Shown in pieces: positions 1 to 12,400 of a stretch of DNA of 64,000 nucleotides. The stretch comes from Octopus bimaculoides (Eukaryota). The stretch covers positions 118,490,107-118,554,106 of the forward strand of contig NC_068985.1 in the NCBI RefSeq assembly GCF_001194135.2. The letters run 5' to 3'. Numbering within the stretch: position 1 is the stretch's first letter; each line of letters begins with the position of its first letter. Below the pieces are notes generated by a model. The model did not search any database. It was not told the DNA's origin and saw only the letters and a program-made list of their open reading frames with translations. A program made the translations under genes and the position numbers.

Positions 1-376
1 ATATATATATATATATATATATACATATATATACATATCATTTATCTAATATATATGTATATGATGATTTTCAGTCTCCCACCATCTATTTCATTTCATG
101 CATCTGATATCATTCATCTAAAAAGTAAAAGAAAAGATAAAATTAGCGGATGGTCTTTCCTCATATATATATATACATATAAATGAGAGGATTGAAGCAG
201 ATGGTCGTCACACACATGCTTCTCACAACCACTAGCTTGTGCTTTGCTTTGGTTGCTTGCTGATTCTGAAATAACTTGTGATGGTGGTGGTGGTGGTGGC
301 TATAGGGAATTGATTGTGATGGTAGTGTGTGCTTCTTCTTTCACAGTGATGCTGATTGGTCATTGAATGATTGTAT

Positions 377-422
<46 letters not shown>

Positions 423-511
423 ATTGATTCTATTTTGTGTATATATTATATATGTACAGATTACAAATTGTAATACATCTGTATGTGTAGACATAAATTG
501 TATGTATATAA

Positions 512-542
<31 letters not shown>

Positions 543-592
543 TATAGTGGATGTATATACTATTGTATGAATATGTACAACCTATATACATA

Positions 593-627
<35 letters not shown>

Positions 628-699
628 AAACAAATAGTAAATGAGTATATGCATATATACGTACATGTATGTGCATACCGACATCCACCTGTATGTATA

Positions 700-1380
700 G
701 GTGCATATCTGGGTACAGGACATTGCAAACAAAACGTAGACGAGAAAACACGCAAGCCACATAGAGAACATTCTACTTCATCAGCTACCCCCGTTTTAAC
801 ACCGGCGTTTCGAAGAGCTGGGTAAGACGCATCGTTAAAATGGCTCTTCCCATGGACCGCAAATTAAATTTGTATACACAAATTAAACCTTGCCATGGAG
901 GAATGTAGTGGCGGACAAAAAACAAGACAGGAAAACAAACAGAAAAGGCTATACGTCCAGACGGGAAAAATTATGTGTGTATGAACGCTGTGAGGCACGA
1001 ACTTGAAAGTGGGGACGAAGTAAGTTCGCGTGTTTGCTCGGCGATAGCCAAGGAAGAAAAGGATTATTGACCGGAAGCATGTGACCATGCCGGTGTAAGG
1101 GGAAGAGAGAGAGAGAGTGGTAGAGGAAGAAACAAAGGGAGGAAGTAGAAGAATAGGGGAGCAACGAGAGGAAGAGAGGAAGTACGAGGGGGGAAAAGGA
1201 GATACGGAGGAAGAACGAGAGGGGTAAAGAGAGATATGTAGTAGTAAACAGAGGAAGAATGAGAGGGGGAAAAAATGAAGAGGAAGAGAAAGAGATAGAG
1301 TAGCGTCAGAAAATATAAAGTTGTGAAAACTACTTACAGATTGGTGACGCTGCGTTCGGTCATAGGATGCTGTTGTATAA
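700..1380. promoter_or_regulatory. CpG-retaining block: candidate promoter/first exon or a young insertion
   Basis: Many CG dinucleotides compared with the CpG-depleted rest of the window; ETS-like CCGGAAG near 1071; GTAAGT donor on + at 1020 and on - at 1337; GA-rich tract 1100-1300. Confidence 0.35.
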
Positions 1381-1443
1381 ATATGTACAGCCTATCTATA
1401 TATATATTGGATATATATACTATTGTATGAATATGTGAAGAGG

Positions 1444-1778
1444 AGACCCCCCTCAGTCATGACTGACCATGGGATTACACCTAGAATGTTACCATCCGAG
1501 GCACAAGTCCGGGCAAGGTTGTTTGTGGAAGGCCAGCAGTCGGCCATGCATACCAGCCTCCCCTCTTCACACCACTGATGTTATCCAAGGGAAAGGTAAA
1601 GGCCGATACAGCTTAGCACTTGTGACGTCGCAACTCATTTCTACAGCTGAGTGAACTGGAGCAACGTGAAATAAAGTGTCTTGCTCAAGAACACAACATG
1701 CAGCCCAGTCTGTGAATCGAACTCACAGCCTTACGGTCATAAGCTTGACGCTTTAACCACTGAGCCATGCACCTTCAC
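1444..1778 (-). mobile_element. tRNA-head SINE, family C
   Basis: Minus-strand head gaaggtgcatggctcagtggttaaagcgtc with A/B-box-like motifs; 11-bp TSD tatgaatatgt at 1426-1436 and 1780-1790; homologous to 11180-11440 and 53199-53598. Confidence 0.85.
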
Positions 1779-1794
1779 ATATGAATATGTACAA

Positions 1795-1831
<37 letters not shown>

Positions 1832-2689
1832 NNNNNNNNNNNNNNNNNNNNNNNNNNNNNNNNNNNNNNNNNNNNNNNNNNNNNNNNNNNNNNNNNNNNN
1901 NNNNNNNNNNNNNNNNNNNNNNNNNNNNNNNNNNNNNNNNNNNNNNNNNNNNNNNNNNNNNNNNNNNNNNNNNNNNNNNNNNNNNNNNNNNNNNNNNNNN
2001 NNNNNNNNNNNNNNNNNNNNNNNNNNNNNNNNNNNNNNNNNNNNNNNNNNNNNNNNNNNNNNNNNNNNNNNNNNNNNNNNNNNNNNNNNNNNNNNNNNNN
2101 NNNNNNNNNNNNNNNNNNNNNNNNNNNNNNNNNNNNNNGGAGGAAAAGTTCTTTCTAAGACAGGAGAGTGAAAAAGGGAGGTGAATATCTGTGCATGCGC
2201 GAGTCTGCAAGTGTGTGTGTAATAACAGAACGTGTGTGTGCGTATGTATGTGTGTGTGTGTGTGTGCGTGGTTTGGTGGTTTATTTGTTAGTGTGTATGA
2301 CGTAGTGGAAGGAATTAGTAGCAGGAATAGTTAGTGGGTGCTTATGGACAATGGTCAGTGGAAGGTCAGCAGGCGGTTTTTGAGTATGTGTGTGTTCGTG
2401 TGTGGGGTTGTAGGTGTTGGGTACGTGTGTGTGTGTATTTGTATGTGCGCGTGTGTGTATGTGTATGTTTTTGTGTGTGCGTGTGTGTTTCTCTCAGGTT
2501 CTATGGCTCTGTCTGTTGTACCATACCATCATTATCTTACCTTCTGTCTGTCTGGAATCTTGCTCTCTTCACAGATCCTGGCTGTGGCTTGCAGCAAGTT
2601 GTTTTGTAAAAGAGTCTCTCTCCTCCTTGTCACACAAGTTAACTAATACTTCTTTGAACCTATGTCTTGTCTGGGCAAACTTTTAGTTT

Positions 2690-3060
2690 CCATATCTTCT
2701 TCCTCCAGATTGTCTTGTGTTTCTGAGTTCATCTAGCTCTTATCAAGCATGACACCATACAGAGTTGCATCAGGGAAGGCTTTAGTGTTTACAACCAGTT
2801 GCCTACCCTGTTTGTTGGTGAATATGAAGTTTATCTGGTTTGCATGTTTGCTTGTTCGATAGGGAATCAGGTAGTTGACTGGGTTTCTGAAATTTGTTAG
2901 AAATTAATTTGTCATTTGTATCACAGGACTTGAAAAACTTTGATCCCTCTTCATTCTTTGTACCATATCTATAGCTTCCATGTGCACCATGAGTAACCAT
3001 CAAAATGTTACCCAAAATGTCCCTTAAAAGCCATCAGTTATCGTAAAAGTTGCTGTCATT
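2690..3060 (-). mobile_element. RTE-clade LINE fragment, APE endonuclease region (degenerate)
   Basis: Translation HGAHGSYRYGTKNEEGSKFFKSCDTNDKLISNKFQKPSQL resembles the APE motif GG(Y/F)G-G-RNEEG--LLEFC--N-L-I-NT-F-K; similar to 9650-10010. Confidence 0.7.
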
Positions 3061-3195
3061 CATTAATGGTGACATTTTCAAGAGTGTGTCATAGAAATAG
3101 TTCTGATTAAGAAGGCGATGTGTGCAGAGGTTTCTGTTGCTGGCATGTCTATAAGTTTGAGCTTTATTTGGTTTTCTCAGGTCCATACTGGGTAT

Positions 3196-3259
<64 letters not shown>

Positions 3260-3272
3260 ATAGGTAGATATA

Positions 3273-3488
3273 CACGAGGGTGCTGAAATGTTCCTGGCTT
3301 TGAGTAAAAGAAAATACAAGAGGGTCAGTTAATTATGATTTTATTGAACATATTCCCTTCTCAGATTCACACGCATACTGCAGTGGTCCTTCAGTTTTTC
3401 TAATCCCAGTAAAAGAACTCAGAAAGCTGGGCCTCCAATCAGGCCTTTTGCAATAACCTTAAAGCCAGGAACTCTTCAGCAGCCCCTA
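3273..3488. mobile_element. Mariner-type MITE (~215 bp)
   Basis: TIRs gagggtgctgaaatgttcctggcttt ... aaagccaggaactcttcagcagcccct; further copies at 19003-19219 and 20595-20812; sits in TA/CA tracts. Confidence 0.75.
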
Positions 3489-5767
3489 AACACACACACA
3501 CACTCTTATTTTTAATGAACAGAAAGTTACAAAAGTGAAAAGTTTCATGGATGGCACTTATTACTCCTGGTAAAATTGGAACTTGCAACATTGAGCTTAA
3601 TAACTGCCTTATACAAAACACTTGACCCTTGAGTCATATATCTATGTAGAGTGTATACATGCATGTGTGCATACCTAAATGCAGTTAAAGTGTGCTATTG
3701 ATATTTTCTTTGCAATAAAGGCAGTGCAGTGCACATGACAGGCTACATACTTTTAGCTGTTTAGTCTGTAAGTTAATACTCTAATGACATACTTATGCTC
3801 ACACAGGTAGGACTAATAAACCTAGTCTTACCTATGGTTGGCATTTTAATCTTTCAAAGCCAGATTATGCAATATGCTCTCAAGGATAATGGATATGATT
3901 GATGCTATAGGAAGCTTGACTTAGATACTTAATAACTTCTTTGGTAAGTTAATGTTGTTAGTTATCTTTCTGGGGCTAATGGAATAGCCCCACTGTGTGG
4001 AACCCTAAGCAAGTGTCTTATACTATTGCCCTGAGTCAAGCAAAGCCCTGTGATTGGATTCAGTAAACTGAAAAGAAGCCTGCTCTGTGTGTGTGTTTCT
4101 GTCTCTTTGCTTTAATATTGCATGATACTTACAAGGGATGTCCTTAGCACTCTTCCATAAAAACATGTCTAGCCATTGGGGGAAACGTTACCTTATATGG
4201 AAAGAGGTGAGAGTTGGAGACATGGAAGGTATCTGGCTGGAGAAAATCTACCACAAAAAATTCTGTTCAATCCATGTAAACATAGAAACACAGACATTAA
4301 AATGATGAAGATTGTGTTTAGCTCCAGATCAGCTTTACTAAAACAGACATGCAGTTACAGGCATTCTATATCTTCTTTGGCTTTCCTTTCTTATGGTTAC
4401 CTTCCAGTAAAGGGGTCAGTGGTCCATTCCTTTTCCACTCTATTTTTGTATCCATGACCAAGACATTTGACCGATAATAACCAAGTCTGCTTAGTTGGAA
4501 GTAGGCTTTTGTTGTTGACTCTAATTGAGTAGACACCTGTAATTGAAACAATCAAGCTATGGCCATCTCTTATTTTCAGATAATATATTCTAGACCACAT
4601 TATATAATGAAACTTTTTTTAAAGGTATGGTGTGGTTTGAGGAGGATTTGGTTGCTTTTACTTGCAGGTCACATTGTGTGTGTGTGTGTAAGAGGGATGC
4701 AACAAGGGAAGTAGTTAGAGGCCAAAAACCTAATAGTTTGTACTCAATCATAACATTGTTGCATCCAATGACAAACACACAAATTTTCTTGTTGGCTCAT
4801 GTTGTTAAGCTCCAGGCCAACTCTGAATGAGCATCCCTATGATTAATGGCATTCCAGCTTTGACTATCCTGTCTTATTTTGCGGTATATAGGACCATATA
4901 GTCCATGTTCTTTTGTTTTTCTTTCTTAAGATGGGAGGTTGTGATTCGAAGATTAGGCTGCTATTTCTAGTCTTTTGAACAGCCACATAGAGGTTCCTTT
5001 TGTGGCTTGAGTTGGAAGTAATTATTGCAGGGTGATACAGTGGTGATTTATTAGCTTGTGATGCTGATTTCAGTTTCTCCTGCAAGAAAAGCAACTTGCA
5101 ATAAACTGGTTTTCTATCCAGGAGGAAATTTGTCTCATCATAGGTACTGGCATGGTTGTGTGGTTCAGAAGCTTACTTTGCAACCACATTGTTTTGGGTT
5201 CAATCCTACTATGTAACACCTTGGGTACGTCTTCTGCTATAGCACTGGGCTGACCAATGCCCTGCAAGTGAATTTGCTAGACAGAAACTGAAAGAAGCCT
5301 GTCTAAGTGCTGGGATTGAGTTGTTCGTTTAAACCCTTAAAGGTGGTGCCCCAGCATGGCTGTAGTCCAGTGGTTAAAGCAAGTTAAAGATAAAAGATAG
5401 TGTGATTCAAAACAAAGGAGTATTATGTAAAATTACTGTCAGTATAGGATTATGTTGACTAAATTGTTAGGGTACCAAAATGATTCACTGCTCTGTTGGT
5501 GCTGGTTTTGTGTTGTGTAAATAACCCAGAACCCTTAACTTTCAAGGGCCCAATCTGTTAGCTGTCTGTGAACAAACAGGATTCTGGTTGTTGTTGTTGT
5601 TTAGCCCCTCAATTGCATGCCCCATCCCCGTTCCCAGTGAAACCAGATTGAGTAGACACTGGATGAAAGTCCAGCCTAACTTTCACTATCTCTTCTTTTC
5701 AGACACAACTCATCTTGGGCCATGTTATCAAATGTGTCCTTCCTATTTTTATCAAAATCATATTTAA

Positions 5768-5980
5768 CCCTTTAGCATTCAGATTATTCTGTTATATGTA
5801 ATTCTTATTTATTCTCATTGTTTTCAATTAATTATACATTATTTCATATCTTTGAGATTTCAATGATGTGACTGCTTATTTTTAGAATGGACCATTTTCG
5901 GGGAGGTGTGAGAAACTGAACCTAGCCATTTTGAACATAGGTCAGGTACACTATTCAGGCCTGGTTTAAATGTTAAAGAG
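5768..5980. mobile_element. piggyBac-type MITE
   Basis: TTAA at 5764-5767 and 5981-5984 flanking ccctttagcatt ... aatgttaaagag; homologous to 31488-31711. Confidence 0.7.
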
Positions 5981-6945
5981 TTAAGATAGATTGGACTGCT
6001 ATATCTAGCAGCTTGAACAGTGATATAGAAGCATTCTCATTTAGCTTGAGCACAATTTAGTTGAGTTCAGAAAGGTGTTCACTGCAGACAACAGAAGTCC
6101 ATTTTATAACTGATAAGTCAGTTGTTGGCTTGAAGTGCTGAGTTCACATTCTCTCTTATAGGATGCAGGCAAATGCATTCGACAAACCGTTCTTGTGTAA
6201 ATGATCTTTCCTAGAAAACCCTGCTTTGTCTGTGCTGTTTGCCAGGAGTTGATGTCACTTCTGTGGCATGTGTCATTCCATACACTAACTATTCAACTGT
6301 TTCCTGAAATAAATAAACATAGCACACTAATTTTACAGTGTAGAACAACCCAGTCTGTTCCTGTCGGAACCTTAAAGTATACAGCTAACTTTTAAAAACC
6401 ACTGCTTAGCTTGTTTGTGTAATATTCCTGAGAATTGAATTGAGTCTGTGATAAGGAGATGCAGTCTGATACAGTAGTAGTAGTGGTAGTTGGTTTCTTC
6501 CAAAGACTAATCATTCTGAAATATTTGTTTCACAGCAAAAGTTGCCGCCTCCCTCCTCTCTCAGTGACCTTTCTTTGAAAAATAAGAAGAAATAAAACAA
6601 AATCTTGTCAAATGGAATCTGTTGTAACCTAATAGGGTGGGAAATATACTATTTATGAAAAAGTAGGGTGAGAAATGCTTTGCTTAAGTGGAGTAAGCAT
6701 TATAAAAAAACAACAACAAAAAAATATGTATAGGAAACAGTTGTTGAAATGTTGGATAAGGCTTTTGCTATTTATTTTTCTCTCCATGTTGTTGTTGTTG
6801 TAGCAGGAGGTAATGCTATAATATAATGCTACATTACTGTTGGTAAGTTACTTAGTGAGCCGATTCCATAACTCAGTTTTTGGATTCCCTGTTGGAATTG
6901 GTTTTGCAGTTATTATTTAAAAAAAAAAAATGTAAAATAAAATAA

Positions 6946-6979
<34 letters not shown>

Positions 6980-7092
6980 TTTATGCTTTTTGGAAAAGGA
7001 ATGCATGTTACAACTTCCTGTTCCTCTACATCAAAGTGAGCAGCTTCCATGACTGTGTGAGGAGCACTAGCTGTTTCTAAATTAGACACAAA

Positions 7093-7490
7093 GCGCAGGC
7101 ATGGCCATGTGGTAAGAAGCTTGTTTCCCAAATACATGGTTCCAGGTTCAGTCCCACTGCGTAGCACCTTGGGCAAATGTCTTCTACTATAGCCTCGAGT
7201 CGACCAAAGCCTTGTCCAGTGGATTTGGTAGACGGAAACTGAAAGAACTCTGCCATGTGTGTGTGTGTCTTTGTTTCTGGGGGGTCCCTCCCTCCACCAC
7301 TTGGCAACTGATGTTGGTGTGTCTACATTGCTGTAACATAATGGTTCAGCAAAAGGGACTGATAGAATAAATACCAGGCTTAAAAAGAAAATAAGTACTG
7401 GGATTGATTAGTTTGTCTAAAGTTCCTGAAGGCAGTGCCCCAGCATGGCCGCAGTTTAATGACTGAGACAAGTAAGAGATAGAAGATAAA
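7093..7490 (+). mobile_element. Bipartite tRNA-head SINE, family A (older copy)
   Basis: Head-central (TG)n-tail structure homologous to 8211-8643, with CpG decay. Confidence 0.8.
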
Positions 7491-8210
7491 AGGCAAAACC
7501 AGAAACTTAAGGCAGGGATAGGGTGGAACCAGTCAATTATATATCAAACTCTAGTGTTTGATTGGTATTTTAATTTATTGCATCTTCCCTTGACAGGATG
7601 AAAGACATATTAATTTAATTAGGCCAGAAGAGTTTTTGGACTAAATTACCTTGTGGTATTCAGTTAAAGTTGTTGATTGGTAGAAGTGTTAGAGGACTGG
7701 ATAGAATTCCTTGTAGTGGTCATCCCAAACTGAATTCAATTCCTGTTTAGGTCATCATTGCCCTTCGTCCTCTCTCTCTCTCCCTCTCTCTCTGTCTATC
7801 TGTCTCTCTCTTTCTCATTCTTCTCCCTCTCTCTCTCTCCTCTCTCTTGTCTCTCCCTCTCCGGTTTAGTCAAGCAAACCAGCCCCAGTACATATTTTCT
7901 TTTAAGCCTGCTACTTATTCTATCAGTGTCTTTTGCCAAACCACTAAACTATGGGGACACAAACAAACCAGCACCAGGTGTTGATGGTAGTGGACAAACA
8001 CACACACACATATGTAAAGACATACACATAGATAATATACAGAGTGGGCCAAAGTCATGTGCAAAATAAGTTCAATAAGCTCAGGAATTGTGAAAGACAT
8101 GCTTTAAATTTTCTAAAACTAAATGAAATAAATAAAATAATGATGAATACACATGTATTTGTACATGATGAACACGATAAATAATAATCACAACAAAAAC
8201 ACCAGGACTT

Positions 8211-8386
8211 ACAGGTGCAGGAGTGGCTGTGTGGTAAGTAGCTTGCTTACCAACCACATGGTTCCGGGTTCAGTCCCACTGCGTGGCACTTTGGGCAAGT
8301 GTCTTCTACTATAGCCTCGGGCCAACCAAAGCCTTGTGAGTGGATTTGGTAGACGGAAACTGAAAAGAAGCCCGTCGTATATATGT

Positions 8387-8428
<42 letters not shown>

Positions 8429-8643
8429 GTGTTTGTGTGTCTGTATTTGTCTCCCCACCATCGCTTGACAACCGATGCTGGTGTGTTTATGTCCCCGTAA
8501 CTTAGCGGTTCGGCAAAAAGAGACCGATGGAATAAGTTCTAGGCTTACAAAGAATAAGTCCTGGGGTCGATTTGCTCGACTAAAGGCGGTGCTCCAGCAT
8601 GGCTGCAGTCAAAAGACTGAAACAAGTAAAAGAGTAAAAGAGT
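8211..8643 (+). mobile_element. Bipartite tRNA-head SINE, family A (young copy; more than 20 partial or complete copies in the window)
   Basis: Head ggtgcaggagtggctgtgtggtaag...ggttcagtccc, CORE-like segment ttgggcaagtgtctt, central (TA)n/(TG)n linker, tail ending aaaagagtaaaagag; CpGs retained. Confidence 0.9.
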
Positions 8644-8809
8644 ATATATAACATACAGAAAATAGCACTGCTACGTGTCGCACACATCCTACATAAAACA
8701 CTTTCAATACAGTGAAAATAAGAGCACCACAACAAACCACAGCACATACCCAAGACACCCAGAGCTGCGCTTGGTAGTGCAGTGAAAGCATGTGATAACA
8801 ATAAGACCA

Positions 8810-8849
<40 letters not shown>

Positions 8850-8850
8850 T
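8644..8850 (+). mobile_element. Dong/R4-type (RLE) LINE 3' end with (TAA)n tail
   Basis: Homologous to the 3' end of 12988-13352 (NIQKIAL...AHIL); ends ccactg(aat)n. Confidence 0.75.
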
Positions 8851-9649
8851 AATATAAGTAAAATGTCAAATGTTTTGGTGCGTGTCTTTTGGCCCATTGT
8901 ATATACACAAACACACACACGTTCATATATACATGCATGACAAGCTTTTTTCAGTTTCTGTCTACCAAAGCTTTGGTTGACCTGGGGCTAAAATTGATAG
9001 GCGCCATGCAGTGGGACTGATCCCAGAACCATGTGGTTGTGAAGCAAACTACTTACCACATGGCTACATCTGTGTCTGACTATTCCTCATAGCTGTCTGT
9101 TAATTTCATTTATATGCTAATTTAACAAGTAAGAGTTCAGGTAATCAAATAAACTGAATTCTCATTGTTGGAACTGATGGACTGTTCACTAACATTCAAT
9201 AGTTGTTTGGTTGGGTTGATAAAAATTAATACCAGGTTGCGTTTTGGGATCGATTTAATCAATTGTTATTTCCTATAAACTAGTGGATTTGTTGAAGAAA
9301 AAATTATATTGTAAATGAATGAGTCAAATTGATAGTGGTTGGTGGAATTGATTAAGTGCCAGAGAAAATTCTTTGGATATTTGGTTTTGCCTTTCATCTC
9401 TTCGGTTGATAATACAAGTATTATCAAATATTGGGTTTTATCTACTCTACCCTCATCCAAAATTTCTACTCTTGTACTGTTGTATGAAATTGATATTAAA
9501 TGTTTAAAATGTCAGTAACCAAGATAGTTGGACCTCTGATTAAACTGCAGTATAGTGCACAGTTTCACCATGTTCATTTCCAAGTTCAAGTATTGCTGGC
9601 ATTAATTTTGTATTGATGAAAAGTCATTAGCTATTAAATAAATGTTTGC

Positions 9650-10010
9650 TTGGTCTTTGAGTTTCCATGTCTTTTTTTTTTTTCCATATTGGTTTGTTTC
9701 TCTGAGTCCTTCCAGCCCTTTGCCTATGTTGGGTTGTACATTCTTTGCCTGGGATAGACTTTGCATTCATACTGTCCATCCTGTTTTCTGGTGATAATGT
9801 TGTTAATCTGGTTTGTGTGCCCACTACATTGGTAGGTGATCAGGTGGCTGGCTGTCTTTCTGAAGTTAGTGTTGCAGATCATCAGATCACAGAACTCCAG
9901 CAGCCTTGCTCCCTCCCTATTTCTAGGGCCAAAGCTGTAATCTTCATGCACACCATGAAATCCATTGGCTTTCCCAACATATTTGTTGAAGTCACTCATT
10001 TGTCTTCAAG
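9650..10010 (-). mobile_element. RTE-clade LINE fragment, APE endonuclease
   Basis: ORF 9724-9999: DFNKYVGKANGFHGVHEDYSFGPRNREGARLLEFCDLMICNTNFRKTASHLITYQCSGHTNQINNII. Confidence 0.85.
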
Positions 10011-10639
10011 GTAGTTTTCAAGAAGACCTCATAAAAATGGTCTGTCTACATTGTGGAGCATATGTAGAGATAGATGTAACTGTTGATTTAAGACTAGTCT
10101 CAGCTTAATTATTGTATCATACACTCTGTCTACCGCAATTATTTCATCTATCCACGATTAATATTTTGATTATTCTGGTAGTATGTTGTGAAGAATAGTT
10201 ATAACACTGGACATGCTTTAGTTTTTAGATTTACATTAGACTTCCTCAGCAAAGTCCAACTGATACTAAATTGGACTCATTAGATCATTTGAGAATTCTC
10301 ATGGACATGGACAGCATCATGTATAGTACAGCACCAGTATCAGAATACAAACTATAAATCATTCCATCTCCAGTCCAACCCCTCTATCAACTTTTTATTA
10401 TCAGTACCATTATCTTTCCCACTTCTTTTTAAAAAAGTGCACATTTCACATGTATTTTTCCAGATTATCATGAGCTGGTTGGTTCCTCAAATTCATACAT
10501 TTACACAAACTGTTTGAGCAGTTAATTGGTCTTTCTACTACCATACAACCTGAATTATTATTTGTCAGATGCATTTTTTCACTGCTCACTTCTTTGACAG
10601 AGCTACAGTCCTGGGTCAAACAAATACCAAGTCAGGGTA

Positions 10640-11180
10640 CTTGACATTTGGAATGTTAAGTGTTTGCAGCTTTCTACTAGTTGGATAATGTGGTAGGTGG
10701 GGAAACTTGGTGCTGATGAAAATCAACTGGCTGGTCTGTGCCTGAAGACTTTTGCTCCAGGCCTGTGGATAATTTCCAAAATGCCTGGCCTCGCAGTGCT
10801 ATGAGGCAGCATTGCTGGTTCAAAATAAACACTACAGACACAAAAGTAGTCAGCAAGGCTTGTCCATGATACAAACAAGACAATGAAACTATTCAGCCCA
10901 TGCTCGTCCAGTGCCTGAGCATTACTGACTGGTAGAGTTGTTGAACAGCTGCTATTGCATGTAGGACAGACCTGGCTATCAGTTGAGTTCCTTATGGAAA
11001 TTGTCCTACTGTCTTCCTTTGGCTGAGAAGCACAAGCAGTTTCTATGTCTTGAGGCCTTGGTAGATGACATTGAAAGGGTTGAAGGCAGACACTTGCTTC
11101 TTTGGCCAAGTGGTCATCAACTTTTTAATGTCTTTCTTAGAAAGGAAAATGAGGGTGGAGAGGGAAGTGCTGCCTCCCTG
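10640..11180 (+). mobile_element. Tx1/L1-clade LINE ORF2 C-terminal relic (zf-RVT region)
   Basis: Frameshifted translation QCYEAALLVQNKHYRHKS / VSKACP*YKQDNETIQPMLVQCLSITDW ... INFLMSFLERKMRVEREVL resembles the CxxC...ET--H-L--C zinc knuckle and tail of Tx1-like ORF2. Confidence 0.7.
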
Positions 11181-11440
11181 TAAAGGGTAAAAGGGTAAAG
11201 ACCCCCTTTTGTCATGAATGATCTTGGGATTGCACCTAGAAAGTTTCCCTCTGAGGCACAAGTTCAGGTAAGGTTGTTTATGGAAGGCCAGCTGTCACCT
11301 GTGCATAACAGCTCCCCCTCTCCACACCACTGATGTTATCCAAGGGAAAGGCAAAGGCCAAATACAACTTGGCTCCAGTAACATCACAACACATTTCTGC
11401 AGCTGAGTGAACTGGAGCAACGTGAAATAAAGTGTTTTGT
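11180..11440 (-). mobile_element. SINE family C, 5'-truncated
   Basis: Homologous to 1444-1680; (tttaccc)n-like tail at about 11181-11200. Confidence 0.8.
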
Positions 11441-11678
11441 ATATCTGTTGAAAAACAGATGAGAGTGGTGACCCTGGTCCGAGTGAACAAGCCTGTTCTA
11501 AGCTTTTGCTTATAGATAGGAGAGGGACAGCTGGGAGAGGATGCTTTGCCACAGTGTTCAGTGTCATTAGTTTTTGTGGAGTCTCTACAAGTAGTCCTTT
11601 GGAGTTCGCCACTTTAGGGAATTTTTCTTTGTCTTTTTAATTCATTTTTGTTATTCCTTTTGTTCACATCTTTATATT

Positions 11679-11860
11679 CATCATCACCATCATCGTTTAA
11701 CGTCCGCTTTCCATGCTAGCATGGGTTGGACGATTTGACTGAGGACTGGTGAAACCAGATGGCTACACCAGGCTCCAATCTGATCTGGCAGAGTTTCTAC
11801 AGCTGGATGCCCTTCCTAACGCCAACCACTCAGAGAGTGTAGTGGGTGCTTTTACGTGTC
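11679..11860 (-). mobile_element. Young RTE LINE 3' end with (GAT)n tail
   Basis: Near-identical to 16766-16921, 18204-18411, 28303-28541 and 51032-51456. The 18204 copy continues across a gap into RTE ORF sequence. Confidence 0.85.
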
Positions 11861-11937
11861 TATTATCCTGAACTCTTCTCAGTTTTCTTTTTTTCTATCC
11901 ATTGTGATTAATAAAGTGTTATTATTAGTATTATTAG

Positions 11938-12380
11938 TAAAGTGGTGAGCTGGCAGAATCATTAGCACGCCGAGCAAAATGCTTAGTGGAATTTTGTCTG
12001 TCCTTACATTCTGAGTTCAAATTCTGCTGAGGTTGACTTTGCCTTTCATCCTTTTGGAGTCAATAAGTTAAGTACCAATGAAACACTGGGGTCAATGTAA
12101 TCAACTTATACCCTCCCCCCAAATTTCAGGCTTTGTTCCTATAATAGAAAGGGTTAGGGTTAGGGTGGCAGCAGAGTAGTAGATTGGCATTATCATTACA
12201 AAATGAAGTAATAAGCTTTGCAGTATTTCTTCTAGTGCCTACTTTACAGTCTAAGTTTAAATCCCACTGAGGTCAACTTTGCCCTTTTATCTCTTCTGGA
12301 TCAATTATATAAAGTACCAGCCATGTACTGGTAATAGACCACTTTTCTGAAAATTGTTAACTTTGACTCTAAATTAGAAA
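11938..12380 (+). mobile_element. Two tandem SINE family B copies (tRNA head plus Meta-domain-like core)
   Basis: gagctggcagaatc...gagttcaaattc...gactttgcctttcatcc...aagtacca; further copies at about 13395, 33080, 40815, 48468-49310 and 57370-57770. The Meta-domain assignment is from recall. Confidence 0.7.
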
Positions 12381-12400
12381 CTATTAATATTATTATTATT

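Noticed and set aside
770-826. TGG|GTAAGA at about 819-827 as the end of tetraspanin exon 1
   Set aside because: The frame reads FYFISYPRFNTGVSKSW with an upstream stop and no ATG; it does not resemble a tetraspanin.
3859-6848. Additional AG...GTAAGT pairs (about 3859-3944 and 6803-6842) as exons
   Set aside because: No open frame or homology, and weaker acceptors; such pairs are common in long AT-rich introns.
8211-8290. tRNA genes at SINE heads (also 53199-53275)
   Set aside because: A/B-box remnants only, no proper cloverleaf, and continuous with SINE bodies.
9266-9460. ORF ending ...STNPLVYRK as Penelope RT
   Set aside because: The DNA partly matches a decayed SINE-B (tatcaaccgaagagatgaaaggcaaa); no LPFLD or other RT motifs.
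12151-12166. (TTAGGG)-like run
   Set aside because: Only about 2.5 units at a SINE tail; not convincing interstitial telomere.
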